NCBI GenBank assembly: GCA_951406725.2
Contig: OX597823.1
Location: forward strand, 92,318,001-92,382,000
Direction: 5' to 3'
From: Octopus vulgaris
Lineage: Eukaryota
Length of the DNA: 64,000 nt
Shown here: piece by piece, positions 57,432 through 64,000 of the stretch
Layout of the letters: each line of letters starts with the position of its first letter
Position numbering within the stretch: position 1 is the first letter of the stretch
Notes under the pieces: model-generated
The model's input: only the letters and a program-made list of their open reading frames with translations
What the model was told of the DNA's origin: nothing
Databases searched by the model: none
Translations under genes and position numbers: made by a program

Positions 57432-57785
57432 TCTTTTACTTGATTTAGTCATTTGCCATACTGGAGCACGGCCTCTTGTGGAACAAATCGAAGCCAGGAT
57501 TTATTCTTTGTAAGCCTAATATGTATTTTATCTGTCTCTTTTGCTGAACTGTTACCTTACGGGGACGTAAACATACCAGCATCGGTTGTCAAGGATGGTG
57601 GGAGAACAAACACAGACACACAAATACATAGATATATATACGACGGACATCTTTCAATTTCCGTCTACCAACTTCACTCACAAGGCTTTGGTCGGCCCGA
57701 GGTTATAGCAGAAGACGGTTGCACAAGATGCCACGTAGTAGTGCTGAACCGGGAACTATGTGGTTGGTAAGCAAGATTCTTACCA
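57432..57785 (-). mobile_element. SINE family C
   Basis: Homologous to 2957-3356. Confidence 0.8.
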
Positions 57786-57804
57786 GAGAGAGAGTGAGAG
57801 AGGG

Positions 57805-57858
<54 letters not shown>

Positions 57859-57899
57859 AGCGAGCGAGCGAGAGAGATATATATTTTGAGTCCGTGTGT

Positions 57900-58560
57900 T
57901 GAAGCCGATGGAGTTATATGACCGAAAAGACATTTTTGCTATTTGGAAAACGACTGGATCCTTATAGTAAATTTTTATTGTAAATATTACGTTCTGCCTC
58001 TTAGTTTTCGTTTTTTGACCCACTGTAATTGTGGAAAATATGTAAAACGCCTGTTATTCTTTCTTGTTGCAGTTAGAAATTTATATTTACGTTCTATTTA
58101 TGTTGATTAAAGTGTCTATTCCACCTAGTTCCACCTTCGCTACCATGAATATGACATGCACGTTCCCAGTTCTTGCTACAAACTTATAAAAAAATGGTCC
58201 CTGTTTAACGAACTATTTCTCTCTTTGGATGCAATGATATATTTATTTTGGCGAAGCAACTTTTTTCATTTGGATGAAGGAATTTCATTGTCTTTCTCTA
58301 TTGAAACGGACGCTAAGATAATTTCACCGAATACAAATGATGGCAATTTACACCAAATCACGAAAATAAAACTGTTTGCAGTAAGGAAGAATATAATTTA
58401 TTTAAGGGCCTTAAATTCGATATAGAGGGATCTAGGGAAAACCCATGTAAACATCTACAAGAATATCAAATGTTATTTTGTATGCCAACGTATTTGTATA
58501 ACATATTTGCTTAGATAATTGCATTTCTCCAAAACATCTTCTTCAGAATATACAGAAGAG
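57900..58560 (-). mobile_element. Possible highly decayed L1/Tx1-type LINE fragment
   Basis: Minus-strand YMGFP (YLGxP-like) followed by WERAC...EGG motifs; weak. Confidence 0.3.
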
Positions 58561-59760
58561 GCGCTAGCGATGACTGTAAATAGCGGTTATGGTAATCGAA
58601 TGTTGTATATTTTATTGTGCTGTGTGGGGAAAGGATAAATGGTAGACAAGATGAATGTAACTACTCGATATTCCCGTAAGCCTTTATTAAATGTTTACAT
58701 ATAGTTTTTTGGTGGTTTATAAATTAATAATTATAGGGAGGTAGATTATGATAGCATGTTATTTTTGTGAAGTGCAAATGATAGGAGAGTGAACGCAGCA
58801 TTGCGGGAAGAGAGGTTGGCGTGATCTTTCATAGAAACCATATTTTATGTTGAATGCAAGCGTCGAGTGTCTCGCATTTCAGCTGTGTTTAGTTACGTCG
58901 TGGGATAAGGCATTCTTGTGTATTTATAGATGCATATAGGGAAAATTATATGAAAATATTAACATATAATTTACTAACACACACACACAAACACACTGGC
59001 ACACACTCACGCATGCACGCACACAGATGTACACACATACACAGATATACAGGGTGCTATGTGTAAACTGTCACCATTTCCATCATTAATTCCGCGCTTT
59101 CGCGTTGTTTGCTTTTGATTTTGTCGACTACACAGTATAGTAAGGTCAGATGGGCACCGGAAGCTCCCATACGAACATTTGAGAGTGTTTGAGTGAGAAT
59201 CTGAGGATAGTGCGGAGGATTCGGAAAGAGTTGGATGCGATTGCAAAGGTATGGCAGCTTGAAAAAACTCACTCTAATCGTTCTAATAAAAAAAGAAACT
59301 AGTTGGTGAGATCCAGGCCAACGATCCCTCCAAGTCAATCAGATCCAGTGCCAGGGACATGGGACTGTTTGAGTTTCTTGTTTCATGCAGGCAGTGCATA
59401 AAGCCATTCAGTATTCCTCGTACAAGATGAGAAGGTACCAATTATATCCCATGCCATCAAAGAGCATAATAAAGACCGTACTACGAAGCTTTTGAACAAA
59501 CTGAAGCATCTCTTCGAACCGAACATGCTTTGGTTATTCTCGGACGATAAAATTTTCTGCTAGGATCAGATGGTAAACACACAGAACAACGTCTGGCTTG
59601 CCGTCTCCACAAAACTTTTACCGGGAATGATAAAAATAAATGTAAAGTATAAAAGCCATCTCAATATGGCTAACCACAAGGGGGCGGTACTGTAGCTTTT
59701 TAGCCCCAGGAGATCATTGTCATCAGATGGCTTTAGACACACTTTCTGTGCCCTTAAAGT

Positions 59761-59891
59761 ATTTGCAAAGGGAGGCCATCCCTTTCTCGTAAGCCTGAGT
59801 GATACGCACCGGACCGGTTTCGAGATTATTGTCTCTTATCAACGGGCGGTAATCACCAGGTCACGATGAAAGACAAGGCCTGCTTGCAAAT
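59761..59891 (-). ncRNA. Type I hammerhead ribozyme candidate (U3-A8 core, GUC site) on a long stem I
   Basis: CGCCCG-TTGATAA-GAGA caataa TCTC-GAAA-CCGG-TC-CGGTGCG; predicted cleavage between 59812 and 59811. Confidence 0.75.
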
Positions 59892-60049
59892 ATATAAGAG
59901 TTTTTCTAGTGACGTCTGCCACTTATTTCGAAAAATTGACTGCAATCATTATTAAATTTCAGAAGGAGATGTCAACAATAACCGCTCGAGCGGTTAGCGG
60001 TTACTGTTTACATCTCCTTCTCCAGACGTCACTAGAAAAACTCCTATAT

Positions 60050-60180
60050 ATTTGCAAGCTGGCCTTGTCTTTCATCGTGACCTGGTGATTACCGCCCGTC
60101 GATAAGAGACAATAATCTCGAAACCGTTCCGGTGCGTATCACTCAGGCTTACGAGAAAGGGATGGCCTCCCTTTGCAAAT
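60050..60180 (+). ncRNA. Second hammerhead copy (U4C and a stem III mismatch)
   Basis: CGCCCG-TCGATAA-GAGA caataa TCTC-GAAA-CCGT-TC-CGGTGCG. Confidence 0.65.
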
Positions 60181-61749
60181 ACTTTAAGGGCACAGAAACT
60201 GTGTCTAAAGCCATCTGGAGACGATGATCTCCTGGAGCTAAAAAGCTACAGTAACACCCCACCTCCTTTGTGGTTAGCCATATTGAGATGGCTTTTATAC
60301 TTTACATTGTCGAGCGGTTACTGTTTACATCCCGTTCTGAGATTTGATAAAAATAAAGCATCAAGTTAACATCATGGTGTTTGGTGTGATCACTAGTGAT
60401 GGTAATATTATGCCTCCATTCATCTTCCCAGAGATTCAACACAGAGGCCTACATCAGGCCTGGAAAAGGCAGTGCTGCCATGGTTCAAGAAGGTGGTTGC
60501 TGGAAGAAACTATGTCTGGTAACAAGACTCTGCACTATGCTACACATGCATGAACAACCAGTGATGGCTCTCAGACAATTTCCGCGATCACATCACCCCT
60601 TACATTTGGTCACCTAACACCCCAGACTGCAATCCTCTTATCTATTATGTGTGGGACGCTGTTGCGTGAGGGACCAACAAATCTCTTTGTGGCTGTGGTT
60701 AAAGCCAATGGCGATTTTATTGAATATAGTTACTCTTTAGTATTTCAAGATTTTTTTCTGTAATTTTGGTAAATATATCTGTTAAAATGAGATGTCACCG
60801 TTATTTTCGCTTTTGTTTAATTTAGACGACAGTTTATTCACCGCACCCCGTATATAAACTAAGATATATTAATTTTCCTGTCCATAAATAATTTCGTTTT
60901 CATACCCGAAATCTCCCAGTATCTACCCGCCATCTTCCCTCTTTGATTCATTTTTCTTCAGTACTGATAATCGAAACTTCAAAGAAACCTTTACTTTTCA
61001 TTTGACCATTAAACTACCACAGTTACAGCTCTTTCCCTTCGTACCTTGTTGAAATTTTGCCACTTTTGGCCTATACACAACAAACACTCGCACAGACACA
61101 CACACGCGCGCGCATGCATACTATACGCATATGTATGTACATGTCTAAATATGAATATATATATATATGCGTTTATGTATGTATATATATATATGTAAAT
61201 AGATAGATAGATAGATAGATAAATAGATTAATAGATAGACAGAAAGAGTTGTGTTTATGTGAGCATGGCGTGTGTGTATATATACATATACAGATATGCA
61301 TATGTATTTATATATGTGGTTGATTTTTGTAATATGCCGACATGTTCATGTAGTTACATTTGCATGGAGTTGTGCGCATTTGCCATTCAATCCTTCATAG
61401 ATGTGATGTAAGGGAAGACATCGGCAACAGAAAGTGAATCCAGATATCAACTCGCTATTTATTACTCGCAGTTTTGGACAATGAATGTCACACTTTCCTT
61501 AATATAAATGTAGATAAATATTGTAATGTTACCTATTTTGTTTGTGGTAATAACAACCTATTCTGACTCCTATATGGATCCCCATCATTATTTCTATTTA
61601 TACTTACTCTGTGACGAATAACAAAGCAATAGATTTTCAAACATAAAATTATCTTAAACTTAGCGCAGGGGTTTCGAAATAAATCACCCCTTCTCAATAT
61701 CGTTTGAGTTCTATTTATTCAGTTTTTCATTGATTCCTGAAGAAATCTT

Positions 61750-62200
61750 TTCCTTTCACACAACTGCAAGTTTTGGAAGATATCTCTTAATTCATTCAAA
61801 TTTGAAATAAACCTCATTGCTAATAAAACCCGATGCATTTATATTAACGTCGTTCATCCGTTTGTGTAGATTTATCTGCGTACGGATAACTTTTGAGTAT
61901 ATTATTTCGGATGTCAAGACAACTCCCAGGAGAAACTTGGCAAGTATAATTTATAATAATCGCAGATGGGATCACACCAGATTTTATGGAAACTGTGTAA
62001 AATACTTTCCAAACCGATTGTTCTGGATCTTTAGGAATTGCTTCACTAATCTAAGACTGGATTATACCAGATCATCGTTGTTTTGATTGTATTCAAATAT
62101 AGCTAATGCGTTGCAAGCAACCTGGTATTTACTTCAATCTGGAAATGCATCATTGCCTCTAATTGCCCATTTTTATCACTCAACAACATTGATAGAGAAG
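61750..62200 (-). mobile_element. Possible decayed CR1/L2-type LINE fragment
   Basis: Minus-strand NLVxSHL (LVRSHLEY-like) and an upstream WA...F motif; weak. Confidence 0.25.
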
Positions 62201-62328
62201 CAAATACATTCGTAATCCTGTCGGCTTTTTTTTTGGGGGGGGGTAATCAATTAAAAACAAAAAGAACAACTTGCTCATTCAGGAGGGAACTAGATAAAAT
62301 AAGTGACCATGCGATGGGGATTGGAAGA

Positions 62329-62360
62329 TCTAACGTTTCGGGCAGAGTTCTTCATCAGGG
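62329..62360 (-). ncRNA. Minimal hammerhead motif with intact core and decayed stems
   Basis: CC-CTGATGAA-GAAC tct GCCC-GAAA-CG-TT-AG. Confidence 0.55.
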
Positions 62361-62699
62361 ACAATTTGACTGGGCTGCATTTAATGGGAATGTTACAATC
62401 TCTAATCTAAAAAAAAAATGTAACTGATAATGGACAGAAGTCTACGGTAGTTTCATCCATGAACACAAAGTGGTAGGCAAGAGAAATGCTCGTCAACACC
62501 AGTCTGTTTGGAATTTGTTTTATTGCTTAAAGTTGTAGGCGGCAAAATGAATTTACCAGAAATGCAATTAGTTTTATGTAAGTATATTGTGATTGTGTTC
62601 TAAAATTTATATATGATTTTGAAGTCATTCTCGTACGAAATGTCAAGTCGAAATTTGGCTTGTTGTTAGATAATTTCAGGATTTGATTATGAAAATACT

Positions 62700-63230
62700 G
62701 AACAGGAACTTGGAAAATCGGTTGATAATTATGTTGATCTTCTCCTGACAGTGGAGGATGTAATTATATCGCTGCCTAGGGAATTAGGGAGATGATGTAG
62801 ATATCAGAGTCGTAGACAACTATATCAGATCCAAAATAGAAGTTATCTAAACAGGAACCTGGCAGAATATATATTTTATTTCATTCTGATCCTCATAATT
62901 AAAGGAAGAACACACGGAATATCATTATATATACGTTGGAAATATACTCAATGTTTCGCCGTAAACCGTAGGAATGCAAAATAAACATTCAAGGTAAGAG
63001 CTGTAGTTTAGTAAATAATCATAAATAATTCTTGAATAATGATGTCAATAGCATAAATGTGGAGACTGGTACATCGTCAAAAGCTATTTCCTTTTAATTT
63101 ACGATGTCATACGGTACATTTTTATGGTTACAACAACCTACTCGTATTTCCACTATGCAGATTATAGGCAGGTGTATATGGAACCAGACATACCTGCATC
63201 TGCAGTTTCGATCGGGGTCTTTCAACCAGC
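62700..63230 (+). mobile_element. Possible decayed piggyBac-type transposase N-terminal fragment
   Basis: EDVIISLP...DDVD and GTF...GYNNLL...DIPASAVS loosely resemble piggyBac motifs; weak. Confidence 0.2.
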
Positions 63231-63247
63231 TTTCCTCGAAACTTGCC

Positions 63248-63258
63248 GATCTATCTAC

Positions 63259-63306
<48 letters not shown>

Positions 63307-63852
63307 TTATCTGTATATATATCAATATATGTGTGCGTGTGTCTGTGTGTGTTTGTGTGTGTGTGTGTATACACAGGGATACCTCTAGTACGAGTTTAAT
63401 TCTTTCCATGACCGAGCCCGTCTTACGATTTATTCGTTTTACAAATCAATTTCCCGCCTTGAATTTAACTAAAATATTATTAATCCGTTCCCTACCCCAC
63501 CAAAAAAAAAAAAAAATTAAAAATAATTTTTGATGGGCTTTAAAACAGAAAAAGTGTACTTACATGTAAAATCACAATTTTAAAACAAGGGAATGCAAAA
63601 GAAATATGTAAACTAGCTTTATTAACTGAATTACCTTAAATATGAGATTTGTGTGCTCGAATTTCAAGACAGAAATTCGCACGATCTCGGCTCGTACAGC
63701 AAATTACTTGTACAATGGAGCACTCGTACTGCGAGGTTGTACTGTATATATTGTGTGTGTGTACGTGTGTTTTTGTGTGTAGATAAATAGAAAGATAGAC
63801 AGACAGACATATATAGATAGACAGACAGACATATATAGATAGACAGACAGAC

Positions 63853-63945
<93 letters not shown>
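63248..63945. repeat. (CTAT)n, (GT)n, (TA)n and (GATA)n microsatellite blocks
   Basis: Direct repeats at 63248-63370 and 63780-63945. Confidence 0.9.
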
Positions 63946-63946
<1 letters not shown>

Positions 63947-64000
63947 AGTTAATCCAAACAAGAAAGCACAAATAAAAACACAACAACGCGAGGACGCGGA

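Larger units (their letters stand above)
59641..60344. mobile_element. 704-bp fold-back, HHR-bearing non-coding retro-insertion with 13-bp TSD
   Basis: Arms 59641-59918 and 60023-60306 are inverted copies; TGATAAAAATAAA at 59628-59640 and 60345-60357; interrupts the transposase frame. Confidence 0.88.
59050..60850 (+). mobile_element. Tc1/mariner-superfamily DD37D (maT-type) transposon relic
   Basis: TA-flanked imperfect TIRs CAGGGTGCTATGTGTAAACTGTC / GACAGTTTATTCACCGCACCCCG; FSDDKIF, IMVFGVITSDG, and QD followed by 37 codons ending TPDCNPL, with the third D mutated to I. Confidence 0.88.

Overview
AT-rich, microsatellite-dense eukaryotic DNA with no convincing host gene. The SINE families and repeat load point to an octopus (coleoid cephalopod) intergenic or intronic region; this is an inference. 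Almost all ORFs in the track are translations of simple repeats. The real content is: a near full-length but disrupted R4/Dong-type RLE non-LTR retrotransposon (16338-20612) plus five decayed relatives, all next to (AAT)n or AAT-like tracts; three tRNA-derived SINE families, one forming dimers and trimers; two non-autonomous Helitrons; a DD37D Tc1/mariner relic; a Penelope-like GIY-YIG remnant; and RTE and other LINE relics. The main unannotated signal is about a dozen minimal type I hammerhead-ribozyme (HHR)-like motifs in short non-coding repeats from several sequence families. The best example is a 704-bp fold-back insertion (59641-60344, 13-bp TSD) made of two divergent ~320-350-nt units, one terminally redundant. 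Each unit folds into a long rod capped by an HHR core with a compensatory U3-A8 pair, consistent with a retrozyme-like or Penelope-dependent non-autonomous element. All alignments and folds were done by eye, and no activity is demonstrated.
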